Positions 1-11,500 of a DNA stretch of 64,000 nucleotides are shown piece after piece. The stretch comes from Ignavibacteriales bacterium (lineage in GTDB: Bacteria > Bacteroidota > Ignavibacteria > UBA10030). The translations under genes were made by a program, and so were the position numbers. The notes below the pieces were generated by a model, which was given only the letters and a program-made list of their open reading frames with translations, did no database searches and was not told the origin of the DNA. Position 1 is the stretch's first letter, and each line of letters starts with the position of its first letter. The stretch covers positions 107,101 through 171,100 of the forward strand of contig JAPLFR010000015.1 in NCBI GenBank assembly GCA_026390575.1, read 5' to 3'.

Positions 1-653
1 AATTTGTCGCAATCATGGGGGCGTCTGGTTCCGGTAAATCCACATTTATGAATATTTTGGGTTGCCTTGATAAACCAACGAAGGGATCGTATGTCCTTGA
101 GGGCATCGATGTCGGCAAATTATCCAGAGATGAACTCGCATCGATACGGAATAAAAAAATCGGATTTGTGTTTCAGGGATTTAATCTCCTTTCGCGCACA
201 TCGGCGCTTGAGAATGTGGAGCTCCCTTTGTTTTACGGTCCGACCTCAAACAAAGTCCGCAAAGCAAAAGCTATTGAAGCGCTCGATCGCGTAGGACTTG
301 GGGATAGAATTCATCATTATCCTAACCAGCTTTCTGGCGGTCAACAACAGCGAGTTGCAATCGCAAGAGCATTGGTAAACGATCCGAGTATTATTCTCGC
401 CGATGAGCCAACCGGTAATCTGGATAGTCGAACAAGCGTTGAGGTCATGGGTATATTCCAGGAACTGAATAATCATGGTATTACAGTTATTCTTGTAACG
501 CACGAACCGGACATTGCAACGTTTGCGAAACGACACATCGTTTTTCGAGATGGTAAGATTAAAACAGACAGGATCAACAGCAGTCCAAAGGTTGCTTCCG
601 AGGTGATCAAAGAGATGCCGATGATCGATGATGAAGAGGAGGAAGCGGCATGA
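1..653 (+). CDS. ABC transporter ATP-binding protein, MacB/LolD family (5'-partial; gene begins upstream of window)
   Basis: Translation begins inside the Walker A region (GASGSGKST) and has the ABC signature [15 protein letters not shown] plus Walker [12 protein letters not shown]. Its stop overlaps the start of the downstream FtsX permease (ATGA). Confidence 0.85.
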   Translation, partial: FVAIMGASGSGKSTFMNILGCLDKPTKGSYVLEGIDVGKLSRDELASIRNKKIGFVFQGFNLLSRTSALENVELPLFYGPTSNKVRKAKAIEALDRVGLGDRIHHYPNQLSGGQQQRVAIARALVNDPSIILADEPTGNLDSRTSVEVMGIFQELNNHGITVILVTHEPDIATFAKRHIVFRDGKIKTDRINSSPKVASEVIKEMPMIDDEEEEAA

Positions 654-1867
654 AGATTCTCAATATTCTTCATTCAGCGTTCAGAGCATTGCAGCGCAAT
701 AAGATGCGGTCATTTCTCACCATGCTCGGAATCATTATCGGTGTTGGGGCTGTGATAGCGATGCTTGCCATCGGCCAGGGCGCTGAATATTCAGTAAAGG
801 AACAAATTGCAGCGTTGGGTACAAATGTACTTATGGTCTATCCAGGCGCTCAACAACAAGCCGGAGTAAGGACTGCTGCAGGATCAGCAACAACTCTCAC
901 AGAGGATGATGCTCTCGCTATTGGAAGAGAATGCCCGGCAGTTCAGTATATTTCGCCGGGGGCAGGAGCCGGAGGTCAGGTCATTGCCGGCAATCTAAAT
1001 TGGTCGACCGGTATTCAGGGTGTCGGCTCCGACTATCTTGAGATACGCCAATGGCCGGTTGAATACGGAGAGTTCTTCACCGATCAAGATGTGAAGGCAG
1101 CAGCAAAAGTCTGCATCTTAGGAAGAACAGTTGCTGATAATCTTTTTCCCGAATCGAGTCCGGTTGATCAAACTGTTCGCATACGAAGTGTCCCATTTAA
1201 AGTCGTCGGCGTGCTGACAAAAAAAGGGCAAAACGCAATGGGGCAGGATCAAGACGATGTTATCCTTGCACCTTATACCACCGTCATACGAAGACTCTCT
1301 CATTGGCCCAATTTAAGGTTTATCCTTGTCTCCGCTACGAGTTTGAAGGATATCAGTGTTGCTCAAACACAGATCTCCGACCTTCTGCGCATGAGGCATA
1401 AAATTCAACCGTATGATCCGGACGATTTCACAATTCGTAACCAGACTGACCTCGCCGCAACAGCAACAGCAACCACTGATATCCTCACAATCCTTCTGGC
1501 AAGTATTGCATCGGTTTCGTTGCTTGTCGGCGGAATCGGCATTATGAACATCATGCTTGTCTCTGTCACAGAACGCACGCGCGAAATCGGTATCCGGATG
1601 TCTATTGGCGCACGAAGTAGAGACATCCTTACTCAATTTCTTATTGAAGCGCTTGTGCTTAGTTTATTGGGCGGTATTGTTGGAATCATCCTTGGCGTTG
1701 CCGGTTCATCGATTATATCGAGCATTGCGAAGTGGCCTACGATCGTCACAGCATTCTCGATTATTCTTTCGTTCGGCTTTTCAATTGCTATCGGGATATT
1801 TTTTGGATTTTATCCGGCGAGAAAGGCTGCAATGCTCAATCCCATCGACGCTTTGAGATATGAATAA
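650..1867 (+). CDS. ABC transporter permease, FtsX/MacB family
   Basis: 405 aa. N-terminal TM helix, large periplasmic domain, C-terminal 3-TM FtsX domain ending ...NPIDALRYE. Translationally coupled to the upstream ATPase. Confidence 0.85.
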   Translation: MKILNILHSAFRALQRNKMRSFLTMLGIIIGVGAVIAMLAIGQGAEYSVKEQIAALGTNVLMVYPGAQQQAGVRTAAGSATTLTEDDALAIGRECPAVQYISPGAGAGGQVIAGNLNWSTGIQGVGSDYLEIRQWPVEYGEFFTDQDVKAAAKVCILGRTVADNLFPESSPVDQTVRIRSVPFKVVGVLTKKGQNAMGQDQDDVILAPYTTVIRRLSHWPNLRFILVSATSLKDISVAQTQISDLLRMRHKIQPYDPDDFTIRNQTDLAATATATTDILTILLASIASVSLLVGGIGIMNIMLVSVTERTREIGIRMSIGARSRDILTQFLIEALVLSLLGGIVGIILGVAGSSIISSIAKWPTIVTAFSIILSFGFSIAIGIFFGFYPARKAAMLNPIDALRYE

Positions 1868-1880
1868 CTTCCCCAAGAAC

Positions 1881-1929
1881 GAAGTCCATCTTCCACTTCT
1901 GGTTGATGAACGAAAGAAGATGGACTTCT
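1881..1929. terminator. Inverted repeat (13-bp stems gaagtccatcttc / gaagatggacttc) directly after the FtsX permease stop; putative terminator
   Basis: Perfect 13-bp inverted repeat seen in the sequence. The loop is about 23 nt and there is no strong T-run, so it is not a canonical intrinsic terminator. Confidence 0.45.
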
Positions 1930-2352
1930 CCTTCCTCGAAGTTTTCATCATAGTTCCATCTTCATAGAGGGTAATGATGCGCCTATTATTTTATGGAAGA
2001 CAAATCCAAGTTGTCAGTCCTTTGGAGAATCTACAACTCGTAATTTCGTAATAGGGAACCTTTATTCAATAATGTATGTCTATCAATGTATGAGCAATGA
2101 AACACATATAATGAAAGGACAAACCTAGAGAGAACCTTGATGACCGTTTATGCGAATAATTATTTCTCCGGGGTAAACGTGTTGGTTCGTTTCATTTCAA
2201 GTTGCAGAGAAGATTTTATAAACCATTTCACACCACCTGCGCATCTGCGCGATAGAGCTTCCATTTGCTGGGAAGCGATAGAGGGTGGTGTTTTTTTGTA
2301 CATATCTTTCGATTCCTAAACAGGAAATTGCATAGCAGAGAGAACCATTTCT

Positions 2353-3159
2353 ATGAAATTAAAATATTATCACGCTTCAGTTGTACAAACTATATATTTT
2401 ATAATCTATTTGGCTCTGTCTTCTGTAATAATATTTACCCCGATATTAATCAAGGGATCTGTATACATAACAAAATCATTTATTATTGATGAAGAAATAG
2501 CCGAAGTGATTCTTCTTGCTATTCTGTTCTCTCTCAATATTATGATTTTTAAATTATACAAGCGAGAAGCTTCCAGGCAGGAAGAATTCATAAAAAAAAT
2601 AAATAATGACAAGAAAACAACCGAGGAAAAACTTTATGATTCACTCAGTTATATTGGTAAAGTAAATGTTCAAATTGAAGAAATTAAAACAATTTTTAAT
2701 ACTGCGAACACATATCCGGAAACAAAAAATGAATTTAAAAAGACTTTCCGTTTCCTGAGCGAACGCGTCCTTGGAATTGTGAACACGAATTGGGCTTTGT
2801 TGAGAATAATCAACAGCAATACCCAGAGAACGATCAGCGAGTGTTTTGAAACACGACACGGCTTTTCTTGTCCATATCCCCACATCAGCAATAAAATGAT
2901 TATTGAAAAACAACTCATTCCATCGTGTACGACGGTTATTTCAAATTCAAAAAATTTAAATATCCTCGTCTATTGTACTATGCCCATTGATCAGATCAAC
3001 AATGATCAACAGATTTTTATCCAAGCGATCATAAATGAGATTATTATGCTCTTCATTATCTTGAATTCCTCATATTACAAAAACGGAAACAATGTCGACG
3101 AAGAAAACAATTCTCATGACAAAGGGAAAAAAATATATCCGATAACAGCGTTTGGTTGA
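2353..3159 (+). CDS. Hypothetical membrane-anchored protein in a very AT-rich insert
   Basis: 268-aa ORF with two predicted N-terminal TM helices followed by a hydrophilic K/E/N-rich domain. GC is far below its neighbours and I recognise no motif. Confidence 0.5.
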   Translation: MKLKYYHASVVQTIYFIIYLALSSVIIFTPILIKGSVYITKSFIIDEEIAEVILLAILFSLNIMIFKLYKREASRQEEFIKKINNDKKTTEEKLYDSLSYIGKVNVQIEEIKTIFNTANTYPETKNEFKKTFRFLSERVLGIVNTNWALLRIINSNTQRTISECFETRHGFSCPYPHISNKMIIEKQLIPSCTTVISNSKNLNILVYCTMPIDQINNDQQIFIQAIINEIIMLFIILNSSYYKNGNNVDEENNSHDKGKKIYPITAFG

Positions 3160-3223
3160 ATATGGTCGCTTGGAGCAAACCTCTTACATCTTGCTTGTTA
3201 CAGGATTTTCGAGAAATTATGGT

Positions 3224-3295
3224 ATGTCTTTCGGATCTTATCCGGCAAGAAAAGCAACAATGCTGAATCCCATCGACGCTTTGAGATATGAATAA
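3224..3295 (+). pseudogene. Duplicated 3'-terminal fragment of the FtsX permease gene (23 codons, ...[18 protein letters not shown])
   Basis: The sequence is near-identical to 1810-1867 (the last codons of the permease at 650-1867), and the same hairpin follows it. Confidence 0.55.
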
Positions 3296-3310
3296 CTCCC
3301 CCCTCAAATA

Positions 3311-3357
3311 CGAAGTCCATCTTCTCTTTCTGATGTAAAAGAAAAGAAGATGGACTT
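3311..3357. terminator. Second copy of the gaagtccatcttc / gaagatggacttc inverted repeat
   Basis: Same 13-bp stems as at 1881-1929. It follows the duplicated permease 3' fragment. Confidence 0.45.
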
Positions 3358-3415
3358 CACCTTCATACTAAACGATGTACGTTTTGCTGTTGGTACTATG
3401 AGATGCAGCTGTCCG

Positions 3416-4669
3416 TTATCGGAGTAAAATAAGTTTCTTGGTCTCTGAAAATGTCCCTGCCTGTAAACGGTAGAAATACACACCGCTTGGCAAATTGTTG
3501 GCGTTCCATTGCTTTGAGTAGGTTCCAGCTGCCATTTCATCAGAAACGAGAACCGACACTTCTCTCCCCAATGCATCGAATACTTTTAGCGATACATACG
3601 ATTTTGATGGGAGACTAAATGAGATGGTCGTTGTTGGATTGAATGGATTGGGATAGTTTTGAGAAAGATTAAAATCGTTGGGCAATTCATTTCTTTCATT
3701 GACACCCGTTGTTAACGCAGAAATCGGCACTCTAAATACTCCTCCAGTTTCTGTTCCAACAAAAATATTCGTGCCATATAATAATGCTGATGTAATTACT
3801 CCTCCCGAAATTCCACCAAGAGGTATCGTTGCTATTTGGAATGTGTTCAGGTTAATGGACGTACCAACATTATTGCCAAAGAAATAATATTGCCCACTTA
3901 TCATATCTGATGCGCATGACCTAAAATCTCCCGTTGCAACAGCGGGCGTCCAACTGGTAAAAGTTGGAAGAGATAAATTTAAATAAAGTCCGTTACTGGT
4001 TAAAGCAAAAATCGAAAATATGTTGTTTATCTTCAATGCATCCCCACTAAGCCCGGTATTTGCTTCAGTCCAAGTGCTGCCACGATCGGTTGACTTGAAA
4101 GCGCCATTTTCTGTTCCTGCAATTAATAAAACAGATACATCCTGACTCATAAATCCTCTAATGTTTTTTGATGCTCCTGCAGGAATTCCAGTTGCTTCAG
4201 TCCAGATAAACGTAGTATTATCCTCGGTAAAAAAGATACCGCCATTTTTTGTTCCAACTATTCTTCTTGAAGGATTATTGTATTGTCTATATAGAGTTAT
4301 ATCTTTATTCGCAAGGGTTTGCACAAACGGCGGTACATATAATGCAATTGGAGGTTGTAGGAGAGCCATGCCATTTTGAGCGTAAATAAACATATTTTGA
4401 CCAGTAATAACATCGCCCTCTAAACCAAAAATGTTAAGACTTGGTAAGGTGCCATTTTCACTATAAGTACTCCATGAATCACCATTATTCGTGGAACTAA
4501 AAATTCCTTTATCTGAAGTGCCGGCATAGATTGTCGTACCAACTCGAGCCACACCGGTAATGTTTAAGCTGCCAAGATTATTGTTTATTGGAGTCCACTG
4601 AGCAAACAGCGGAGTGATAGCAGTGAAAATTGAAAATACCAATACGATAAACCGGAACAAAACTTTCAT
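3416..4669 (-). CDS. Secreted BNR/Asp-box repeat protein with T9SS (Por) C-terminal sorting domain
   Basis: Signal peptide MKVLFRFIVLVFSIFTAITPLFAQ. Repeated S-x-D-x-G-x-(S/T)-W motifs (NNGDSWST, DRGSTWTE). C-terminus ...NYPNPFNPTTTISFSLP...GVYFYRLQAG matches a T9SS CTD. RBS AGGAGA lies upstream. Confidence 0.85.
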   Translation of the reverse strand: MKVLFRFIVLVFSIFTAITPLFAQWTPINNNLGSLNITGVARVGTTIYAGTSDKGIFSSTNNGDSWSTYSENGTLPSLNIFGLEGDVITGQNMFIYAQNGMALLQPPIALYVPPFVQTLANKDITLYRQYNNPSRRIVGTKNGGIFFTEDNTTFIWTEATGIPAGASKNIRGFMSQDVSVLLIAGTENGAFKSTDRGSTWTEANTGLSGDALKINNIFSIFALTSNGLYLNLSLPTFTSWTPAVATGDFRSCASDMISGQYYFFGNNVGTSINLNTFQIATIPLGGISGGVITSALLYGTNIFVGTETGGVFRVPISALTTGVNERNELPNDFNLSQNYPNPFNPTTTISFSLPSKSYVSLKVFDALGREVSVLVSDEMAAGTYSKQWNANNLPSGVYFYRLQAGTFSETKKLILLR

Positions 4670-5166
4670 AAATAATTCTCCTTAATTAAACTATGATTGA
4701 GTTAATAATAATGAATGCGGTGAGAACGGAAGCTTGAGGACAAAAAAGGCAAAAACCGCGTCACAACATGTAAAATGATAACCAATATTTATTATGTTTA
4801 CTATTTAAAAATAGCGAATGATGGCGATAATATCAAGAATTATGTGTGATCTCAAAAATATCCATCCCATTGGTACTCTTGCTCCATCGGTATTACGAAT
4901 AGTATAGTTGTACCTGTTATGGAACAAACACATGAAATCAGTCACGGAGAGTATCGTTCCTCAAAATTTTCATCCCTCTTTCATCTTTTTTTAGTACTCT
5001 ATATATAGAGTAATTTATGTCTATACTTTTATTAAAGATGATTCCAAGGTATCTGCATCTATCGCAAAGCATTTGCTGGCGGAGAGACTATTTAGAACCA
5101 CTTGCGATTTTCTATTGTTAAGATAAAGTATGCTATATATAAACAATCATATTTTGGAGAACCATC

Positions 5167-6192
5167 ATGTTTAAAACTATACAACACATCGCAATTTTTT
5201 TTATGTGCCTTTCAGTAATTGGTCAGGCACAACCTACAACCGGTTATCATGTCGTAAAAAGGATTACCGTTGGCGGTGAAGGCGGGTGGGATTATATTAC
5301 GTTTCATGCTCAATCGCATCGATTGTTTGCATCGCACGGTACCAAGGTTGTTGTGATAAGCACCGATTCCGATAAAGTCATTGGCGAAATTCCTAAGACA
5401 GAAGGTGTACATGGTATTGCGGTGGCTAACGAATTTGGACGCTGTTTTATCTCCAATGGACGTACAGCCACAGTCAGTATTGTTGACTTGAAAACATTAA
5501 AGCTTATCGACACCGTTTCCGTTGGGAAAAATCCGGATGCGATTCTGTACGATTCTTTTTCCCGCCGCGTATTTGTTTTTAACGGACGAAGCAATGATGC
5601 AACGATTCTTGATGCTAAAAATGGATCCGTAGTTTCAACATTGCCGCTTGGCGGCAAACCTGAATTTTCCGTCACTGATGGCAATGGACGTGTCTTTGTC
5701 AATATCGAAGATAAAAGTGAAATTGTCGTCATCGATGCAAAAGCAATGAAAATACTGTATCGCTGGTCAATAAAACCCGGTGAAGAACCTTCCGGTTTGG
5801 CTATCGATGTCAAACATAATCGCCTATTTTCTGTGTGCGGCAATAAATTGATGGTCGTCGTAAATGCAGAAAACGGAAATGTTGTTACCTCGCTTCCCAT
5901 CGGCGATAGAGTCGATGGCTGTGCGTTTGATCCTGGTGCAGGACTCGTTTTTTCATCAAACGGCGATGGCACCATGACGGTCATTCGCGAAGATTCTCCA
6001 TCGAAATTTTCTGTTCTGGAAACTGTGAAAACCCAAATTGGTGCACGCACAATAACAGTTGATCCCAAAACGCACACGTTGTATCTTCCCGCTGCAGAAT
6101 TCGGCCCGGTGCCCGCTCCAACACCCGATCGGCCTCGATCACGACCACCGATTTTACCGGATACATTTTGTATTCTGAAAATTCAAAAATAA
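5167..6192 (+). CDS. YVTN-family beta-propeller repeat protein (secreted)
   Basis: Signal peptide, then repeated about 40-aa units (…V…D…I.TI.VG..P.GIAV…) typical of YVTN/NHL-like propellers. Confidence 0.8.
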   Translation: MFKTIQHIAIFFMCLSVIGQAQPTTGYHVVKRITVGGEGGWDYITFHAQSHRLFASHGTKVVVISTDSDKVIGEIPKTEGVHGIAVANEFGRCFISNGRTATVSIVDLKTLKLIDTVSVGKNPDAILYDSFSRRVFVFNGRSNDATILDAKNGSVVSTLPLGGKPEFSVTDGNGRVFVNIEDKSEIVVIDAKAMKILYRWSIKPGEEPSGLAIDVKHNRLFSVCGNKLMVVVNAENGNVVTSLPIGDRVDGCAFDPGAGLVFSSNGDGTMTVIREDSPSKFSVLETVKTQIGARTITVDPKTHTLYLPAAEFGPVPAPTPDRPRSRPPILPDTFCILKIQK

Positions 6193-6197
6193 GAACC

Positions 6198-7490
6198 GTG
6201 AAAATCACTATCAGAATTCTATTTCTTGTTTTCGTTGTACTTTCGCATGCAAACGGTCAGATAGTGTTCACGCTTGACCGTTGCCTCACTTTAGCAAGCA
6301 CACAGAATCCGCGGATGCGGAGCGCTGAAAATGCCATACGAGCCGCAGAGCTTTCGCATGCAGAACTTTCCACTACGAAACTTCCGCAAATAAAATTAGG
6401 CGCAAGTTCTATCTATGCACCATCATCAGGAAGTTTTGGATATGATCCGGCATTATCCAATGGCGGTCAAGTGGCGGGACAAGTGATGGTTCAACAATCT
6501 TTGTACGATGGCGGCATACGAGGATTGAAATCCGACCAACTTTCAATAGACATCGACCGGTTTGCGAAAGAAAAACGGATAGCTGAACGCGATTTAATAT
6601 TTTCCGTTAAACAAACATTTGTTGAAACGCTTCGCTCCGAAAAAGAAATAGATTTGCAGGAAGAGAGTGTCCGTCAATTGAGAGATTATTTAAACATCGT
6701 CCGCCGTCTCTCCAAGGTCGGAAGCGCTGCGTACACTGATGTGTTGAAAACCGAACTTCAGCTTTCGAACGCGCAGCTTTCGTCTCAAAAAGCGACTGAA
6801 GAATTTGCCGTCGCAAAGTATTCTTTGGCAGAATTAATAGGCATGCCGCTTGATACGGCGTTTAATATTGTTGGCTCATTGAACGATACGACGAACACGG
6901 AAATTGATTCATCGTTGTTGAATGCATATCCAGATTCATTATCAAGTCTCGAAATGTCGGCGGCATCGCTGGCTATCAAGCGTTCCCTGATGGACGTCGA
7001 GTTGACCCAGCACGAAAATTATCCAACCGTTTTGTTTATGGGAGATGCAGGATTGCTTACATCGGGGGATAATCTTCGTTTACCGCGCGACGAGCGAGTC
7101 AGTATGTTTGGGTTTTCCTTTGGTATTGCATTGGAAATTCCTCTTGTCAATTGGGGTGCAACCGATTTGCGGGTTCAGCAGAAACACCTTGACGCAGACA
7201 ATCTACGATTGCAATCGGAATTATTGCAGCGTTCTCTTACGACCGAATCACGGAAAACACGGCTTCAGATTATTAAACAGCGCGAACGGCTTCGTTCCAT
7301 CCAGAACAACCTTAAATCTGCGGAAGATAATTTTCTTCTCACAAAATCTAAATATGCCGGCGGAGGAACATTGTCGCTGGAAGTGCTCTCGGCGCAGCAA
7401 TTGCTGACCGACACAAAACTTTCTGAATTACAAACGCTGGCAGACATACAACTTCTTGCTGCCAAAATGGAACAATTGACTACACGATAA
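6198..7490 (+). CDS. TolC-family outer-membrane efflux protein (ORF could begin at ATG 6168; GTG 6198 gives a cleaner signal peptide MKITIRILFLVFVVLSHANG)
   Basis: About 430 aa with two coiled/helical repeat halves typical of an outer-membrane factor. It is the first gene of a TolC-adaptor-RND operon. Confidence 0.75.
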   Translation: MKITIRILFLVFVVLSHANGQIVFTLDRCLTLASTQNPRMRSAENAIRAAELSHAELSTTKLPQIKLGASSIYAPSSGSFGYDPALSNGGQVAGQVMVQQSLYDGGIRGLKSDQLSIDIDRFAKEKRIAERDLIFSVKQTFVETLRSEKEIDLQEESVRQLRDYLNIVRRLSKVGSAAYTDVLKTELQLSNAQLSSQKATEEFAVAKYSLAELIGMPLDTAFNIVGSLNDTTNTEIDSSLLNAYPDSLSSLEMSAASLAIKRSLMDVELTQHENYPTVLFMGDAGLLTSGDNLRLPRDERVSMFGFSFGIALEIPLVNWGATDLRVQQKHLDADNLRLQSELLQRSLTTESRKTRLQIIKQRERLRSIQNNLKSAEDNFLLTKSKYAGGGTLSLEVLSAQQLLTDTKLSELQTLADIQLLAAKMEQLTTR

Positions 7491-7495
7491 GCCCT

Positions 7496-8509
7496 ATGAA
7501 AAAATCTTATACAATGATCGTGCTCTTTTTTCTCATTCTCTCCACTTCACTTTTCATTGATGGATGCCGTCAAAAGCAGGGTGACGACGAAGGCAGTCAA
7601 TCAGCTGCGAAAGCGACCGTATCTGTAAAAGCTGGAACTGTGAGCGAACGAGATGCCATTGTCGTCGTTGATGCAATCGGAAAAACTGATGCCTTGCGGA
7701 AAGAAAAATCGTATGCACCGATTGCTGGACGCATCATTGCTCTCAAGGCACTGGAGGGAATGGAAGTAAAGAAGGGCGACGTTCTTGCCATTATCCAAAC
7801 GAAAGAATCCGAAGCAACCATTCTTGGTGCCGAGTCGATGCTGAAGTCAGCGGTGACTGCTGAGCAAAAATCTGAAGCTGAGCGTATTCTCCAACTTGCA
7901 CGTACAACACAGAGCAGCGTGAACGTCTACGCAAAGTTTGACGGTTTCGTTTCAACGCGGAGTGCAAGCGAAGGGGAACTCGTTGCAGAGAATGCCGAAC
8001 TTCTTACTGTTATCGATCTTTCCACTATCGATTTTCTAGCGGATATACCTCTTCGCGATGTTTCATCGATTCAGCGCGGCGCGCGTGCTTCAGTGAGTTT
8101 TCAATCCATACCGGCAAAATTGTTTCCCGCAATCGTCGATGCAATCAATCCGCAAACGGATATTCAAAGCCAGACCGTTAAAGTTCGGTTGCAATTTTCG
8201 ACTTTGAATACTTCACTTCTCTCTTTGTTGCGAACGGAGATGATCGGCACCGCAAAAATTACCACAGGTATTCGGAGACACGCTTTATTTATTCCAAAAA
8301 CAGCGCTGCTTCGCAACGACGAAGACAATTCGTATTCAGTGGTGATGATCACGGCCGATTCTTTGGCAAAAATAGTTCCTGTTACGATTGGCGTCAGTGA
8401 TGAATACTCAGCAGAAATACTCAGTGAACACATACGAGCAGGAATGATGATTGTCACCGAAGGAAATTATGCGCTCACTGATTCGATGCGACTTGCCGTT
8501 GTACGGTAG
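7496..8509 (+). CDS. Efflux RND transporter periplasmic adaptor subunit (MFP/HlyD-like lipoprotein)
   Basis: Lipoprotein-type N-terminus (…FIDGC), then a biotinyl/lipoyl-like beta-barrel architecture. Sits between the TolC and RND genes. Confidence 0.85.
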   Translation: MKKSYTMIVLFFLILSTSLFIDGCRQKQGDDEGSQSAAKATVSVKAGTVSERDAIVVVDAIGKTDALRKEKSYAPIAGRIIALKALEGMEVKKGDVLAIIQTKESEATILGAESMLKSAVTAEQKSEAERILQLARTTQSSVNVYAKFDGFVSTRSASEGELVAENAELLTVIDLSTIDFLADIPLRDVSSIQRGARASVSFQSIPAKLFPAIVDAINPQTDIQSQTVKVRLQFSTLNTSLLSLLRTEMIGTAKITTGIRRHALFIPKTALLRNDEDNSYSVVMITADSLAKIVPVTIGVSDEYSAEILSEHIRAGMMIVTEGNYALTDSMRLAVVR

Positions 8510-8517
8510 GATGAACC

Positions 8518-11500
8518 ATGAGTCTGTTTGAATACGTTCATCATCACGCGAAAGCGATTCTCTTCACTGTAACTGTGCTTGTCCTCTCCGGCATAGCGCT
8601 TACTCTGCACATGCCGATTTCGCTTTTCCCGGATATTACATTTCCCCGCATCGTCATCCTAGCAGATAATGGAGAGCAGCCCGCGGAACGGATGATGGTA
8701 GAAGTCACGAAACCTCTTGAGGAAGTGGCAAGTTCTATTCCCGGCGTGAAGCTTGTTCGTTCCATCACCGGCCGCGGTTCGACAGAAATATCCATCGGTC
8801 TGGATTGGGGAACGAACGTTCAACAAACACTGCAATTTCTTCAAGGTCGAATTTCAAATGTTCGTAATACACTTCCGGCATCTGCTTCCATACAAGCGGA
8901 ACAAATGAGCGTTGCCGTTTTCCCAATTCACGGCTACAGTCTCACGTCGGATAAATTGAGCTTGGTGGAACTGCGGGATATTGCCTTGTATCAGATTCGT
9001 CCGGTTCTGATGAAAGTGAAAGGTGTCGCAAAAGTTGAAGTAACCGGCGGCGACACGCGGGAATTTCTTGTCACTGTTTCGCCGGAAAAGCTTGCTGCCT
9101 ACCGCTTGGACATCCGTCAAGTTGCAGATGCAGTTCAGAAAACAAATTTTATTTCATCTACCGGAATTGTGAACAATAATTTCCAGATGTACCTTGCATT
9201 AGTTTCCGGTTTGTTTAAAACCACGGATGACATCAAAGCAGTCGTGATTGCTGTTCAAGGCGGTGTTCCGATTAAAGTATCTGATGTGGCAGAAGTGAAG
9301 CCATCGGTTGAGGATAAATTTATCCGCACGACTGCGCACGGACAAGATGCGGTGTTGATCAATATTGTGAAACAGCCAACGGGCAGCACTGTTCAAATAG
9401 GAGAAGATGTTACAGCGGAAATAGCCAACCTTCATCTTCCGGCAAATGTTCGCTTTGAGAATTGGTATGATCAAGGTGATTTCATCATCAGTTCTATACT
9501 CAGCACGCGGGATAGCATTCTCATCGGTGTTGTGCTGGCGATGATTGTCGTGTTCCTCTTCCTGCGCAGTTGGCGCATAAGCCTGGTCATGCTGATGGTT
9601 GTTCCGGCAACCATAGCGTCAACATTTGCTTGTCTCTATTCGGTCGGTTTGACGATCAACATCATGACACTCGGCGGAATTGCTGCAGCTGTTGGTCTCA
9701 TCATCGATGATTCCATCGTCGTCATTGAAAATATCTTCACACATTTTTCCAAGCATCAGCCCGAACGCGGCACCGTGCGAGCGCCGGGGTTTGCCAAAAC
9801 TGCATCTGCTTCATTGAGCGGCTTGATGCCGGCTATTATGGGTTCCACAGCAAGCACAATTGTCATCCACATTCCGCTGGCATTTCTCGGCGGTGTAACC
9901 GGAGCGTTCTTCGCATCACTTTCAATCACGATGGTGTTTGCGATGCTTATCTCGTTTCTCTTTTCCATAACGCTCGCTCCGCTGCTTGCAATGCTGTTAG
10001 TGAGAGAAAATGACATCGAACACGAATTAGAACGGCACAACCATCCTTCTCAGTTTGCTGCCTGGTATGAGCACACTCTACGCCAGCTTCTCAAATATCG
10101 ACTCCTTATTATTCCTGTTGCATTCATTATTCTTGGTGCAACGTACATTCTTTACAATCACATTGGCAACGACTTTATGCCGGAAATGGATGAGGGGACA
10201 TTTGTTTTAGATTATAAGTCGCCTTCAGGTACATCCATGGATGAAACGAACCGCATCTTGATGAATGTCGAGCATATTCTGATGGCGATTCCAGAAGTGG
10301 AATCGTACTCGCGACGGAGCGGGACGCAATTAGGTTTCTTCCTCACGGAGCCAAACGATGGAGATTTTCTTGTCAAGCTAAAAAAAGATCGCTCGCGGGG
10401 AATCGATGAAGTAATTGCTGAGGTGCGTGAGAAAGTAGAATCATCCGAGCCGCGTTTGCAGATTGAATTTGGGCAGTTGATGATGGATGTCATCGGTGAT
10501 CTCACCAACAATCCTTCGCCGGTGGAAATTAAACTCTTCGGCGACGATACACCGCTGCTTCATGCCACGGCAGAAAAAGTAGCCGCGTTCATTGAAACCA
10601 TACCAGGTGTCGTTGATGTGTCCAAGGGGATTATCATCTCTGGACCGTCATTCATTGTGAACGTCGATGCTGTCAAAGCATCCATTGCCGGATTGAATCC
10701 AGCGGATGTGCGCGATCAATTGGAAACGATTATGCGTGGCCGTTCGGAGACTCAAATTCAAAAAGGCGAGAAGCTGGTAGCTGTTCGCGTGCGATTTCCT
10801 GACGGTTACCGCACGGATGTGGATAAAATCGAACAAGTGCAGTTTGTCAATCCAAATGGCGTACGCGTTCCGCTTCGCAACATCGCAACAATTCAAAAAA
10901 CTTCAGGACAAGCGGAATTGCACCGCGAAGGGCTGCGCCAGCTTGTGGCGGTGACGGCAAGAATCGACGGACGCGATCTGGGAAGAACGGTCGAAGAAAT
11001 TCAACAAAAACTTGCTAACGAGCTTCCTCTTCCGAAGGGAATTACAATAGAATACGGCGGCGTATACCAAACACAGCAAGAATCGTTTCGTGGATTGTTG
11101 CTAGTATCGCTCGCCGCATTTATGTTGGTATTTATTGTGCTCTTACTGGAGTTCGGCGAGTTTGCCGTTCCATTCTCCATCTTCATCGTAAATGTACTTT
11201 CTCTTTTCGGCGTACTGGGGGCTCTCTGGCTTACAGGAGTCTCCTTCAACATTTCCAGCTTTGTCGGAGTTATTATGATCATCGGCATTGTTGCAGAAAA
11301 TGCCATCTTTGTTTTACACAGTGTAAAAGTATTTCAAGCGGAAGGTCTTCATTTGGAGGACGCTTTGGTGCGTGCAGGACAAATGCGTGCCCGGCCGATT
11401 CTCATGACCACGCTTGCCGCTGTCTTTGCTCTTCTGCCGCTCGCGATTGGTATTGGCGCCGGTGCTCAGATGCAGAGGCCGCTCGCAATCGCTATTATCG

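Noticed and set aside
5310-6077. 255-aa ORF on the minus strand
   Set aside because: It is entirely antisense to the YVTN propeller gene, which has a signal peptide and a clear repeat structure. The antisense product is low-complexity and Ser/Thr/Pro-rich, typical of shadow ORFs.
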